IMG/VR virus record: IMGVR_UViG_3300009095_000023
Coordinates: 1 to 47,437 of that record
DNA length: 47,437 nucleotides
Source: a virus
Lineage: Duplodnaviria > Caudoviricetes
Strand: one strand, 5' to 3'
The notes under the pieces are model-generated. The model searched no databases, was not told the DNA's origin, and saw nothing but the letters and a program-made list of their open reading frames with translations. Below are positions 1-9,859 of this stretch, one piece after another; position 1 is the stretch's first letter; every line of letters starts with the position of its first letter. The position numbers and the translations under genes are program-made.

Positions 1-1842
1 AAGCTGACGGCGGCACTTGTTGCGTTCAAAGTGTCAGGTCTTCTTGGGGTGAATCAGGCAATCGTCACATTGATCAGTTCGCTCGCTAAAGTGTCAATGG
101 CTCTCACGGGCTACGTTGCGAAAGTTGGTGTCGCCAAGGCGGCGTCACTTGCCCTTCAAGGAGGTCTGTATGCGCTTGCTGCGGCTGCGATTTACTTCGG
201 ATCAACAGCGATCTACAACGCAAACAAAGACATTCAAGCGTTCAACGAATCCCTTCAGAAATCGAAGGAGTTGTCTGACGAGCTATCGCAAAAGAAGAGT
301 AAGGCAACTTCAGGCGTAATCGACAAGGCGACTCAGGTTGGAGGTGAAAAAGGGAAGTCGCTTCTTCAAGCTGAGATCGAGCGAGAGAAGGAGGAGATGG
401 AGGGCCTTCAGGCCAGCATTCGTGGTCAGAAGAAAGTCGTTGAGGAATTAAACACAACTTGGAATTCACTCACGGGCAACAAGATACTTCAGGAGGAGCA
501 GGAAAATCTCAAGGATCTTGAAGACAAGCTATCGTCTGCTAAGGCACGAGTGGAACAGCTTGAAGCGGCGATGAAGTCGCTGGGCACTACGTCCAGCGAG
601 GCCGCGCAAGAGGCTGCTGAGGTTCCGGGGGCTGTTGAGGATCAAGCGGCAGCTCTTGTTGGCGACGGGACTGGTGTTGCGGAGGCGATTCAGGATGCCG
701 TCCTTTCCAGTATGGAAGCCAAGTCAGGGGGCGGATTCAAGGATATTCGCGAACTCATTCAGGCTGGGGCCACTGGTGAGCAACTCCAGGAGTTCTTGAA
801 CGCAATCAGCACAGGGACGGTCGGAGAATCCAATGCCGCGTTTGATGCCCGGCGGGAACTGAACGCGATCAACGAAGGGGGAGGGTTTCAGTCGCAGGAA
901 CAACTGGACGCATTCGCACTCAATGTTGCGGAATCTCTGAACGCGGCCATTGCTGCGGAGGAACAGAAACAGGAACTGGATGAGGAAGCCAAGGAGGCTG
1001 AGAAGCAGCGTCTTGAGGAACTGAAATCGACGCTGGAATCCATGAAACCGGCCGTCAACGAACTCAAGACGGAACTGTTTCAACTGGATGAGGAAATCAG
1101 CGGTCCACTGCTGGCAACTCTGGAGGATGTGCAAGGCCAATTCGAGGCGGGCAAACTCAGTGCGGAAGATTTCGCGGAGACGATGGCCTATCTGAAAAAG
1201 GAAACAGACAAGGCCACACAAGCGGCGGAAAAGAAAGCTCAGCAAGAGATTCGTCAACGCATCCTTGCGGGTGACTTTTCTGTACTAAATCCCATGCAGG
1301 CCCTGGAAGATAAGCTGTTTCAATTCCGGATGCAGCAATTCAATCAGGGCATCGATGTCATGTTCAACAACATGATGGGCCTGGGTAACGCCATTCAACC
1401 GGCTGTCAGAGGATTTCAAACGCTCACGACTCAAATGCAGGACTTCGGAGACCAGCTCAACGGGTCGATGACTGGCGGCGGTTCAGGACAAAACGCAGGC
1501 GCGGCCATCTTCGGCTGGCTGAATTCGATCGATGGGATCGCGGCGTCTTTGTTCAACAATATCAGCATGTTACAGCAGTCTTTGCAATTCATCGAAGACC
1601 CGAGACGTCGCCAGCAGATCATGGATGACATCGCCAGAATGCAGAATCAGTTGGCGAACCTGCGACAGACACCGTATGTGATCGGCGATCCGTATGAGGA
1701 AGTGGAAGACCCCGGAATCGGCAAAGGCGCGAACAACATCACGGTTTCGCTGCCGAACATTTCGCGGGTTACGAACAGCGATATCCGAATGATTGCTGAC
1801 GGAGTTCAGCGAGTTCTCGAGCAGCGGGGGAGGCGGGTTTAA
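1..1842 (+). CDS. Tail tape-measure protein, C-terminal part (5' truncated by window)
   Basis: Frame is open from base 1. Ala/Gly-rich hydrophobic stretch followed by long coiled-coil; sits directly upstream of a large tail protein (TAATG overlap). Confidence 0.75.
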   Translation, partial: KLTAALVAFKVSGLLGVNQAIVTLISSLAKVSMALTGYVAKVGVAKAASLALQGGLYALAAAAIYFGSTAIYNANKDIQAFNESLQKSKELSDELSQKKSKATSGVIDKATQVGGEKGKSLLQAEIEREKEEMEGLQASIRGQKKVVEELNTTWNSLTGNKILQEEQENLKDLEDKLSSAKARVEQLEAAMKSLGTTSSEAAQEAAEVPGAVEDQAAALVGDGTGVAEAIQDAVLSSMEAKSGGGFKDIRELIQAGATGEQLQEFLNAISTGTVGESNAAFDARRELNAINEGGGFQSQEQLDAFALNVAESLNAAIAAEEQKQELDEEAKEAEKQRLEELKSTLESMKPAVNELKTELFQLDEEISGPLLATLEDVQGQFEAGKLSAEDFAETMAYLKKETDKATQAAEKKAQQEIRQRILAGDFSVLNPMQALEDKLFQFRMQQFNQGIDVMFNNMMGLGNAIQPAVRGFQTLTTQMQDFGDQLNGSMTGGGSGQNAGAAIFGWLNSIDGIAASLFNNISMLQQSLQFIEDPRRRQQIMDDIARMQNQLANLRQTPYVIGDPYEEVEDPGIGKGANNITVSLPNISRVTNSDIRMIADGVQRVLEQRGRRV

Positions 1843-4241
1843 TGGCTCGAACGATTCCCGGCGGTGCATCGACGGAGATTGCCAAAGTCAACGGCGCGGA
1901 GATCATTCGCGTTATGGAAATCGAGTGGGGCGGTTCGTACGGAACGGTCTATCTCAGCGACCGCGCATTGACGACGCCAGTTTCAGCGGCGGCAAAAGTC
2001 CGTTCGTGGGGCAGCATTGTCGTTGAAGCGCAGGCCGATCAGGTTGGCGGCTACGGCAACGCGAGTATTGAGTTGATCGACACCGACTACTCGCTCAAAG
2101 ACATGTTCGACGATGAACCGGGTCCAGCAGCGAAGCCGGTCAAGATTTACGAATACTTTGCCGGAACCACGTGGTCGACTGACAAGGTGACGATCTTCTC
2201 CGGTCTGATCAGCGGTGACGTTGAGTTCGATGCTTCGACTGCGATCTGGCGATTGTCGCTAAAGGGGCTGGAAAAGCTCTACGATAAATCTCTGGGCGTG
2301 CCCCTGACTCGCGAGAACTTCCCAACGATCCGTTGCACCGACCACGAGGGGAAGATTATTCCGATCGTGTATGGTCAGGGAGTTAAGCGTGTTCCCGGTC
2401 GGCTGATTGCAATGCCTGGTCACGCATACCTTGCCGAGCCATTGTTTGAGCACGACACCACGGCAACTCTCTCGCAGACCTGCGAAGAACTGGGGATCAC
2501 TGCTGAAGAAACAGTGACACTCACTCTTGGAACGGCGGACTTGTGGGAAACTATCACAGGTTCGTTCGCCAGCGCTGGAACAAACGTCTTTGACATCACT
2601 GGTCGCGGCAGCATTCTCGCGAGCGGGCAGTCTCCCGGAACGTATGGTTCCAACGGCGGTCGGTATTTCACAATCGACCGAGACGACTTGCCGGAAAACA
2701 CGGGAAGTCTGATCGGGTATCCGATCTGGATTGATGAAGGGAGCGGCTACGGTGGCGCTCGAGTCATTGACAACTGGATTTCATCTGGCGAAGACACGAT
2801 TGCTGTTGTTCGCGAAGCGGTCGGGGAGACGTTCACTGTCGGTGCCAACTGGAAAATTGGATCCATTCCCGGATTGATTATTCGCTGGCCAGTCAGCACT
2901 CCAGCGTATGGCCCTGGCGGGTGGGTTTATGCCGTTTCGCATCTGCCGAGCGCGGAAGTCCAAAGCGTGCAGGTGCGGGCACAGTTAAAGGCGTCCGGTG
3001 GTTCTCGAGGAGGCTGGGCTTATTATTTACTGAACCCGGACAGGTACACCGTCGAACTTGATAACAAAGACTACAACGAAGAGTTAGGGCGGGCTGAAGA
3101 AGACGACGGTATCACCACAATCACGCTGACGGATCCGCCAATCACTCATGGTTTCGACGATGCGATTTTTGCAACGCTGGATGGACCCGGTTCCTATAAC
3201 ACTCCCGACACTGTTCTGAATCACATTCTGACGCATGAATACCTGGGGAACGTGCCAGCGGGAAACGTCAACCTGAACAGCAGCAGCGCGGTTGAGCTCG
3301 CGTTTGCCATCACTGAAGAAGTGAATCTGCACGACGTTGTTTCGCAACTCGCGTTTCAGGGGTGCTGCCTGTACTTCTGGGATCAGGGCGTGGCTCAGTT
3401 GCGATCGTTGAGCAACACGCTGGGAAGTGCAACGTCAACTCTCACTGTCTCGAACGTGATGGAACGATCGTTGACGCTGGGGCATGCGGATCTGGAAGCG
3501 GCGTACACATCGGCTCTGGCGAAGTTCAAGCCTACTTGCGTTTCTAGTGAGGTGAAGTTTTATCGCAAGAGCACAACGGCGGAAGGGCATTACGGGGAAC
3601 GTCGAAAAGAACTGGACCTGTGGGGAATTCAAGACCCTGAACAGATCGTTGACGTTCTGGAATTCTGGCTGGGCTATTATCTAAACCAGCAACGCACGCT
3701 GAAGGTGGAATGCTTCCTCGATCAGGGATTGAAGCTGCAACCGGGTGACGTCGTGTCTGTCTCGTTTGCCGATGGCAATGGCAACGCACTTCTGACGTCG
3801 CAGAAAGCCCGCGTGACTCGCGTTGAGCACATCCTCGGCGACCCTCAATCACAGACGATGGAACGTATCAAAGTGGAGGGCGAGTTTGCTGTCTGGAGTT
3901 TTGCGATTGACGATGCGTCGCCAGACTTGGAACTGTGTCAGGGTGAGGGCGGAGACGAACTCGAGCTGCCGAACGACTCCGGTACTGATGGCAGCGGCGG
4001 AATCTCCGGGTGGTACGGTGACGGCTTCGGTGGAACAACACTCTGGGTGAAATTCAATTATTCTAGCACGCCGCCCGAAGGCCCTGGCGGAGAGACTGGC
4101 GAGCCGGTCAATCCAAACGTCTCGTTTGGAATCTGCAAGGAAATCGAGTTCGTCACCGAGGTGGGTCATTGCGAGTACAAAACGACCAAGGAACGCGTCT
4201 TTCTCTGTGAACCCGAAGAAGAAGGGAGCGGATCAGAATGA
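1842..4241 (+). CDS. Tail tip/hub-like structural protein (799 aa)
   Basis: Position after tape measure; 'IPIVYG' motif and C-terminal 'LQPGDVV' typical of phage tail-tip proteins. Confidence 0.65.
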   Translation: MARTIPGGASTEIAKVNGAEIIRVMEIEWGGSYGTVYLSDRALTTPVSAAAKVRSWGSIVVEAQADQVGGYGNASIELIDTDYSLKDMFDDEPGPAAKPVKIYEYFAGTTWSTDKVTIFSGLISGDVEFDASTAIWRLSLKGLEKLYDKSLGVPLTRENFPTIRCTDHEGKIIPIVYGQGVKRVPGRLIAMPGHAYLAEPLFEHDTTATLSQTCEELGITAEETVTLTLGTADLWETITGSFASAGTNVFDITGRGSILASGQSPGTYGSNGGRYFTIDRDDLPENTGSLIGYPIWIDEGSGYGGARVIDNWISSGEDTIAVVREAVGETFTVGANWKIGSIPGLIIRWPVSTPAYGPGGWVYAVSHLPSAEVQSVQVRAQLKASGGSRGGWAYYLLNPDRYTVELDNKDYNEELGRAEEDDGITTITLTDPPITHGFDDAIFATLDGPGSYNTPDTVLNHILTHEYLGNVPAGNVNLNSSSAVELAFAITEEVNLHDVVSQLAFQGCCLYFWDQGVAQLRSLSNTLGSATSTLTVSNVMERSLTLGHADLEAAYTSALAKFKPTCVSSEVKFYRKSTTAEGHYGERRKELDLWGIQDPEQIVDVLEFWLGYYLNQQRTLKVECFLDQGLKLQPGDVVSVSFADGNGNALLTSQKARVTRVEHILGDPQSQTMERIKVEGEFAVWSFAIDDASPDLELCQGEGGDELELPNDSGTDGSGGISGWYGDGFGGTTLWVKFNYSSTPPEGPGGETGEPVNPNVSFGICKEIEFVTEVGHCEYKTTKERVFLCEPEEEGSGSE

Positions 4242-4429
4242 GCGAAGAAACGAGCCACAATCTGACAACAGACGACTGCGATCAGGACGACGGTTCTGGA
4301 GGCACGGAGTCGTTTTTGTTCGGGGAGCTTGATGTAATGGTCGATTCATCGAGCGAGTGCGACGACGGAGATATCGTGACCACGAAGACCTACAAGACTA
4401 TCAAGGCGCTGATCTTGCAAGAAGACTAA
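4238..4429 (+). CDS. Small acidic hypothetical protein
   Basis: ATGA overlap with upstream gene; 63 aa. Confidence 0.5.
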   Translation: MSEETSHNLTTDDCDQDDGSGGTESFLFGELDVMVDSSSECDDGDIVTTKTYKTIKALILQED

Positions 4430-4515
4430 AAAACTTTGACCCATATTGCGTCCCGTTCGCGTTTCACTGACAATAGGGTGGGCGTTTGTTTTTCTGAAAG
4501 CGAAGGGGCGAAACA

Positions 4516-5322
4516 ATGAGAGTCTACATACTTGGCGCGTTGGTCTTGCTGTGTTGCGGTTGCGAGTTTGGCGAACCGCTTCCGGTTCCGTCTGCTGTCG
4601 TGCATTCACCGAGCGGGGCCAGTGTTGATTTCCTGTCTGATCCTCCACCGAAGGTTGTTCGCGATCCGAATCATTTGTACGGGCGGCGGTATGATATCGC
4701 GGCTGGTTTCACGGACCTGTCAACAGAGAAGGTTCTGGCGTACCGTCTGCGTTGGGCGAAGCAGGGTTATCAGTTACCGGAACTCAATGGGGTAGCGAAC
4801 CGACCACCGGTTCCGAGTTTTCCCGTGAGCATTCAGGAGGATGAAGTGGGCGACAAGATTAAGACCGTTGTTGTTAATGAGGGCCCGTGCGATTGCTGTG
4901 CGGTGGAGCCGCTGACGTGCGAGGATCTTCCGGACACTCTCTATGTAACCATTGCCGATCATTTGTGTTTTAACGAATTCACAATTGAAGTAAACAAGAT
5001 TCTAGATGAACCTTGGTTTACTTATTCTGCCTACGGTGATGGAAAGATAACGCCTGTCTTCACATCATGTGGTGATGAAGATTGGAATGTGGAGGTACGC
5101 ATTAGGTGTCATGAGGGGTCATTCAATGTTGACGTACAAATCTACAACAATTCACATCTTTCTGAACAACAAGCCGGTGGTAGCGTGCCAGTTACATCTG
5201 TGTACTCACCAGTAGACATCGACTTACTGCTGAATGAGGCATTCTTTGGTGCGGCAGATTGTGAGGCATTTGGAGTCTGTGTACAGTCATCATATGAGTA
5301 CCTTGTCAGCGTGACAGAATGA
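4516..5322 (+). CDS. Cys-rich protein, possibly tail-associated/receptor-binding
   Basis: N-terminal hydrophobic signal-like segment (LVLLCCGC); CDCC and other Cys; AT-richer C-terminal half. Confidence 0.5.
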   Translation: MRVYILGALVLLCCGCEFGEPLPVPSAVVHSPSGASVDFLSDPPPKVVRDPNHLYGRRYDIAAGFTDLSTEKVLAYRLRWAKQGYQLPELNGVANRPPVPSFPVSIQEDEVGDKIKTVVVNEGPCDCCAVEPLTCEDLPDTLYVTIADHLCFNEFTIEVNKILDEPWFTYSAYGDGKITPVFTSCGDEDWNVEVRIRCHEGSFNVDVQIYNNSHLSEQQAGGSVPVTSVYSPVDIDLLLNEAFFGAADCEAFGVCVQSSYEYLVSVTE

Positions 5323-5969
5323 AGTTGAATTCACGCCGTTACCAAATCTGGCACGGCACAAACATCGACCCCGCCAAAGCGGCCAAGTACCGCACCCGCT
5401 GGGTCCGCAGGCACGCGCAGGAACGTGGCATCCTCTTTCCCGATGCGCTCGCGGAACTGATCGCCGAATACGGCGAACCGGGAGAACCGGTCGAAAACGT
5501 CCTCGAAATGTCGCAGACGCAGGCGGAAAAGTACCTCGCGCGAACTCAAGAGGTCGCCAAGTCCAACAGGGCGTTCGCGAGGCTCCCCGGCAAAACGAAG
5601 ACCGTGAAGGAGCGGATACATATCCGGAAATCGGAGTACCCGGACGGCCCGGGAACGAAGTTTGAAGAACTCTCCCAGTCGTTCGGCATCGAGAAGACGG
5701 CAACTTGTTCCTGCGAAAAGCTCAAGACGCAGATGAACAAGTTGGGGGCGGAAGGCTGCCGGGAAAACCGGGCTGAGTTGATTGATGAGATCTCGAAGAA
5801 CTTCAACACTCTGGGCGTGCTTGACAAGGCGAAAGCGATCTTGCGGGGCGGGTTCCCGAGCTGGTTGAACCCTCTTGATCCGGTTGGAAGCATGTTCGAC
5901 GAAGCTGTGAGGCTGGCGGAGGAAGACGAGCAGAGCCGGTCGGTTCCTGCGGCTCCGTCTGAATCGTGA
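5319..5969 (+). CDS. Hypothetical protein (CxC...C motif)
   Basis: ATGA overlap; 216 aa. Confidence 0.55.
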   Translation: MKLNSRRYQIWHGTNIDPAKAAKYRTRWVRRHAQERGILFPDALAELIAEYGEPGEPVENVLEMSQTQAEKYLARTQEVAKSNRAFARLPGKTKTVKERIHIRKSEYPDGPGTKFEELSQSFGIEKTATCSCEKLKTQMNKLGAEGCRENRAELIDEISKNFNTLGVLDKAKAILRGGFPSWLNPLDPVGSMFDEAVRLAEEDEQSRSVPAAPSES

Positions 5970-6039
5970 AACTGTCCCACTGTTTCGCTACCGTTTCACT
6001 GAAACGCTGGTCAGCCGAAGACACAATCGAGTTGTTCGC

Positions 6040-6056
6040 GCCGATAAAGTTGCATG
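6040..6056 (+). promoter_or_regulatory. Candidate sigma28-type -10 box (GCCGATAA) directly before the ATG
   Basis: GCCGATAAAG-TT-GCATG; the same arrangement occurs at 44567; no RBS. Confidence 0.5.
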
Positions 6057-7511
6057 ATCACCGCAATTACAACGGCGCCGAGGCCGGGCAAGTCGCAACT
6101 CCCGCAAGTCTTCCGAAACGTCATTGATTCCGGCTTCCCTGAGCCGTTCATCTTCGCCGAACCGGGGAGCGACCTTTCCGGAGTACCGTCTTCCTGCGTG
6201 ATTCAGAGAGAGGAGTTGTATGGTTGCTACCGCAACTATCGACAGATGCTCCAAGACCTGATCGATATCGATCCCGATGCAGACACGTTCGGGATTTTTC
6301 AGGACGACATTCAACTTTCGCCGGGTTGTTTCGAGTGGCTGCAAGACTACCTATGGCCCCATGAAAAGGCAGGAGTCATTTCGCTCTACTCGCCAGATTA
6401 TCCGGGATACGAACACGGAACGAAAAAAGGTTTCAACCGACAGACAGACGGAAACCTGATTGGAGCCTGCGCGTTTATCCTGCACCGCGGACTGGTCGAT
6501 GAACTGCTCAAGTCGGAAGTCTGGAGAGGGTCAGCGCGGCATGGCGTCGTTAAGGAGATGGCGAAGAAAAAAGCCGTCGATGCGTGGGTCGGAAACGTGG
6601 CCCGGGAAACCGGCTGGCGATGCTATTTCCCGAACCCGTCGCTTTGCCAGCATATCGCGGAACATTCATCAGTCGGTCACGGTGAGACCGATGCGGTTCG
6701 GAGAGGGTTCAACTACCGCAAGTCAAAACTGTTTTCTGGTCAGTCCCCGCGTGAACTCTTTGGCAATCCGCTCTGGCGTTACGATTCCAACGGCAAACTG
6801 CACGTTCCCGACAAAACGACAATTATCATCCCGGGCTGGAATCTGATCGAGAAGACCGAGCGTTGCTTGCACGGCGTCGCACTCCAAAAGGAGACCTTCT
6901 CCCCGTTTGATGTGATCTATGTTGACAACGGGTCAGAACCGGGAGTTGTCGAACGCGTAGAAGAACTCGCGGAAGAACTTCAACTGGACCTGCGGGTGAT
7001 TCGCTTCCCGGAGAACCGAGGGTTCACTGCTGCGGTGAACGCCGGTCTTGAGCAATGCGAAGGGCATGCGCTGCTGCTGAACAATGACTGCTACATGCAC
7101 GAAAAGTGCTTGCAAAACATGATGCGCCACCTGCTCACGCACGGAAAGGCGGCGTCGGTCGGCCCGCTGACGAACGATCAGGGAGCACAGTCGATCAAAC
7201 GTCAGGCGATGTACCGGCAGCAGAAGGGAAAACGAAAGTCGGTTGCTGTCCGTCTGCTCTCTGGTTTCTGCCAGCTCAAACGCAAGTCAGCACTGGAAAC
7301 CGTAGGCCACCTCGATAGCAACCTGCCGCATGGACTGGGCACTGACGACGACTGGTGCAAGCGGGCAACTGCTGCGGGACTCTCGCATCACGTTTGCTTC
7401 GATGCGTTCGCAGACCACGATCACAAGTCAACATTTGAAGCGACCGGGCAAAACCGCCGGCAACATTCGGCACACGCGAAAGAGTACCTGAAAAACAAGG
7501 TTCACGCTTGA
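6054..7511 (+). CDS. Two-domain glycosyltransferase (GT-A; C-terminal GT2 family)
   Basis: N-domain FQDD and 'PSLCQHI'; C-domain 'YVDNGS', 'NRGFTAAVNAG', 'LLNND', 'DDDWC'. Confidence 0.85.
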   Translation: MITAITTAPRPGKSQLPQVFRNVIDSGFPEPFIFAEPGSDLSGVPSSCVIQREELYGCYRNYRQMLQDLIDIDPDADTFGIFQDDIQLSPGCFEWLQDYLWPHEKAGVISLYSPDYPGYEHGTKKGFNRQTDGNLIGACAFILHRGLVDELLKSEVWRGSARHGVVKEMAKKKAVDAWVGNVARETGWRCYFPNPSLCQHIAEHSSVGHGETDAVRRGFNYRKSKLFSGQSPRELFGNPLWRYDSNGKLHVPDKTTIIIPGWNLIEKTERCLHGVALQKETFSPFDVIYVDNGSEPGVVERVEELAEELQLDLRVIRFPENRGFTAAVNAGLEQCEGHALLLNNDCYMHEKCLQNMMRHLLTHGKAASVGPLTNDQGAQSIKRQAMYRQQKGKRKSVAVRLLSGFCQLKRKSALETVGHLDSNLPHGLGTDDDWCKRATAAGLSHHVCFDAFADHDHKSTFEATGQNRRQHSAHAKEYLKNKVHA

Positions 7512-8320
7512 TGTCGCTGCTCAAAAGGCTGAAGGCGGATTCCGAAATCGAGTCGCGAATCATGAGCGCGATCCGGAGCGGGTCTCCGTTGGGCGTGATT
7601 CGACTCGGAGACGGCGAAGGTCTTCTACTGGGCTGGCCCGAAGTCCGCAAAAACAAGCGGGCAAACCGGGCGTTGAACTACCAACTGGTGAAATGGTTCG
7701 GACTGAAGAACGGTTCGGCGCATCAGAAAAAGCAGATGCGGAGCATCTTGCGAAAGGCGATTCAGCGGGCAAACATCATCGGCGTCCCGAAGCCTCGCAA
7801 GAAAGGGCTATGGAGCTTTGCCCACAAGCAGATTGCCGGAAGCAGGCTGATTAAGCCGAGTCACGTTCTGACCGACACGGACATTCACGTGAACCTGCAC
7901 AGGTCTGGCGCGTTGTACCGGGCCATTCTCGCTGCGGAGTCCGTCACGATTGTAACCTGCCGGGCAAGCGTGAAGCCGCAACTGGAGGCGTTCACCGGGA
8001 AGCGTGTCAAGCTGATTCAAATTCCCGAAGGCAGGCACGTTGAATCTGGTCGGGCAACACCCAAGAACACAAAGCACTGGGAGTCGAGGAGCCAATACCG
8101 AAAAGCGTGCCACACTGCCGGGACCCAATTGGTGCTGGTCGGGGGTGGAGTTTTAGGAAAGATTTACACCACTGACGCATCCAGAGGCGGTGCCGTTGCT
8201 ATTGATATCGGGAGCCTGTTCGACGGGTGGGCAAAATTCGGAAGCCGGTCCCACCTGCGTGCTGATCCCGATTCGTTCTTATTGCCCGAGAATCGCGAGA
8301 TGACGTCTTCACAAGACTGA
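7508..8320 (+). CDS. GT-D fold glycosyltransferase-like protein
   Basis: 'IRLGDGE', 'LVGGGVLGKIY' and 'AIDIGS' motifs characteristic of the GT-D fold. Confidence 0.7.
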   Translation: MMSLLKRLKADSEIESRIMSAIRSGSPLGVIRLGDGEGLLLGWPEVRKNKRANRALNYQLVKWFGLKNGSAHQKKQMRSILRKAIQRANIIGVPKPRKKGLWSFAHKQIAGSRLIKPSHVLTDTDIHVNLHRSGALYRAILAAESVTIVTCRASVKPQLEAFTGKRVKLIQIPEGRHVESGRATPKNTKHWESRSQYRKACHTAGTQLVLVGGGVLGKIYTTDASRGGAVAIDIGSLFDGWAKFGSRSHLRADPDSFLLPENREMTSSQD

Positions 8321-8345
8321 AATTTAATTTATTATGTGCGGGCAT

Positions 8346-8654
8346 ATGACACGACAACCAAGGACGAAAAAGCCTTATCCGTGGACTGCGGAAACATTTC
8401 CTAAACTCAGTGAGCGTCAACACGACCTGCTCTGCATCATGCAAGACGCGGGAGGTCTGCTCTGTGTTGACGATCTGCTCTACACCCTGAATGAGGATTC
8501 GGTTTCAGCCGATGAAGTTCGGGGCGATGTCAGCGTTCTTCTCGATCACAAGCTCGCGATTCGTCGGGTGTCTGGTCGAGAGGAGTTTTTTAAGCTGACG
8601 CGCAATGGCGAAACCTACTTGGATGAACCGCCACCCGAGGGCGTTCGTCTGTGA
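8346..8654 (+). CDS. Winged-helix DNA-binding protein (putative)
   Basis: C-terminal 'FKLTRNG' wing motif; about 100 aa. Confidence 0.5.
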   Translation: MTRQPRTKKPYPWTAETFPKLSERQHDLLCIMQDAGGLLCVDDLLYTLNEDSVSADEVRGDVSVLLDHKLAIRRVSGREEFFKLTRNGETYLDEPPPEGVRL

Positions 8655-8672
8655 TCAATCAAGGAGGCGGCA

Positions 8673-9203
8673 TTGTCTACGGTTTTCACGGCAGATAAAG
8701 ACACCACGGCGCTCGCGCACTCGGTTCGAGACGAGTATCACCCGCACTTGAAGAATATTGATGCGATGGTGCTCTTTTCGATGGCGCGGATTGACGATCG
8801 GACCGGTGAAACAGCAGGTCCAGCGCTGAGGGCTTACGGTGCACCGACGCCGGGGATTGCGAAAATCTGCAACCCGCAGGAACGGGCGATCACAAAAAAA
8901 GAAATCTTGCTCAAAATCGACGCTGCTGAATGGGACGCAATGACCCCTGATCAGCGGGTCGCGCTGCTCGATCATCTGTGGTCGCACATCGAACTGGTAC
9001 GAGACTCCCAGGGGCGCCCTCGATACGGCACTGACGGGAGAATTCGCTTGACGAAACGTCAGCACGACTGGCGAATCGGCGGCTTCAATTCCGTGCTTGA
9101 GCGGCACGGGGAAGCAGCGATTGACGTGCTGAACATCAAGGAAGCGTTCGGTGAAGACAGTCAGTTGAAGACGGCACTCCGGCAGTTGCACCTGTTCGCG
9201 TGA
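8673..9203 (+). CDS. Phage putative metallopeptidase-family protein with degenerate HExxH
   Basis: 'W..MTPDQRVALLDHLWSH...HD'; RBS AAGGAGG before a TTG start. Confidence 0.65.
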   Translation: MSTVFTADKDTTALAHSVRDEYHPHLKNIDAMVLFSMARIDDRTGETAGPALRAYGAPTPGIAKICNPQERAITKKEILLKIDAAEWDAMTPDQRVALLDHLWSHIELVRDSQGRPRYGTDGRIRLTKRQHDWRIGGFNSVLERHGEAAIDVLNIKEAFGEDSQLKTALRQLHLFA

Positions 9204-9272
9204 GCCGATGAAGTCTTATCGCGGGGGCGGTTTCAATCCGCAACTGACGAGACTGAATCAAGGGCAGGACGC

Positions 9273-9560
9273 ATGCCAGCGAGAGAAGATCAACTGAAAA
9301 TTCCGACGTGGTTTCAATCGTCTCTCCTGTCTGGGATCGGTGTAATTATCGTTGGCGGGTTCCTGTCTTGGGTGGACCTGACAAATCGATTGGCAGTCCA
9401 TCAGGAGATCAACTCGCGTCAGGACAGCGAGATTTCAAAGCTCCAAGAAGCGCACGAAAAACTGAGGGAAGAAGACAAGGAAATCTGGAGCCACATTCGT
9501 ATCGGGAAGACCGTGGGAAGGATTTTCACGATCGGACCGTCTGAAAAGTCTGGGGGCTGA
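9273..9560 (+). CDS. Single-TM coiled-coil membrane protein
   Basis: N-terminal TM helix followed by coiled coil. Confidence 0.55.
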   Translation: MPAREDQLKIPTWFQSSLLSGIGVIIVGGFLSWVDLTNRLAVHQEINSRQDSEISKLQEAHEKLREEDKEIWSHIRIGKTVGRIFTIGPSEKSGG

Positions 9561-9859
9561 TGGTGCCACCGAAAATTCAGCAGATCAAAGAGAAAGCGAA
9601 GGTCACCAGCCCGAAGGGAAAGCGGGACTGGAAAGACCAGATTATCGGCTGGATCACTGCTGTTTTCGCGTTCATTGGCTACTTAATTTCGAGCGCTGCT
9701 GAGTCCCTGGTCCCGTTTTTGAAAACAATTCTCGGGCCTGATCAGCCGCTATGGAAGGGCGTCTTAATCAGCTTTGTAATCGGCGTGATTGCAATTATCG
9801 TGCGTCAGTATTCCGGGCCGAAAGAAGACGAGACAAACAGCAACGCGGAGGGTGAATGA
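9560..9859 (+). CDS. Holin-like two-TM membrane protein
   Basis: 99 aa, two TM segments, charged termini. Confidence 0.45.
   Translation: MVPPKIQQIKEKAKVTSPKGKRDWKDQIIGWITAVFAFIGYLISSAAESLVPFLKTILGPDQPLWKGVLISFVIGVIAIIVRQYSGPKEDETNSNAEGE

Noticed and set aside
9211-9258. CTGACGAG hammerhead-like word
   Set aside because: No GAAA, stem III or cleavage triplet in the right arrangement; just a hairpin.
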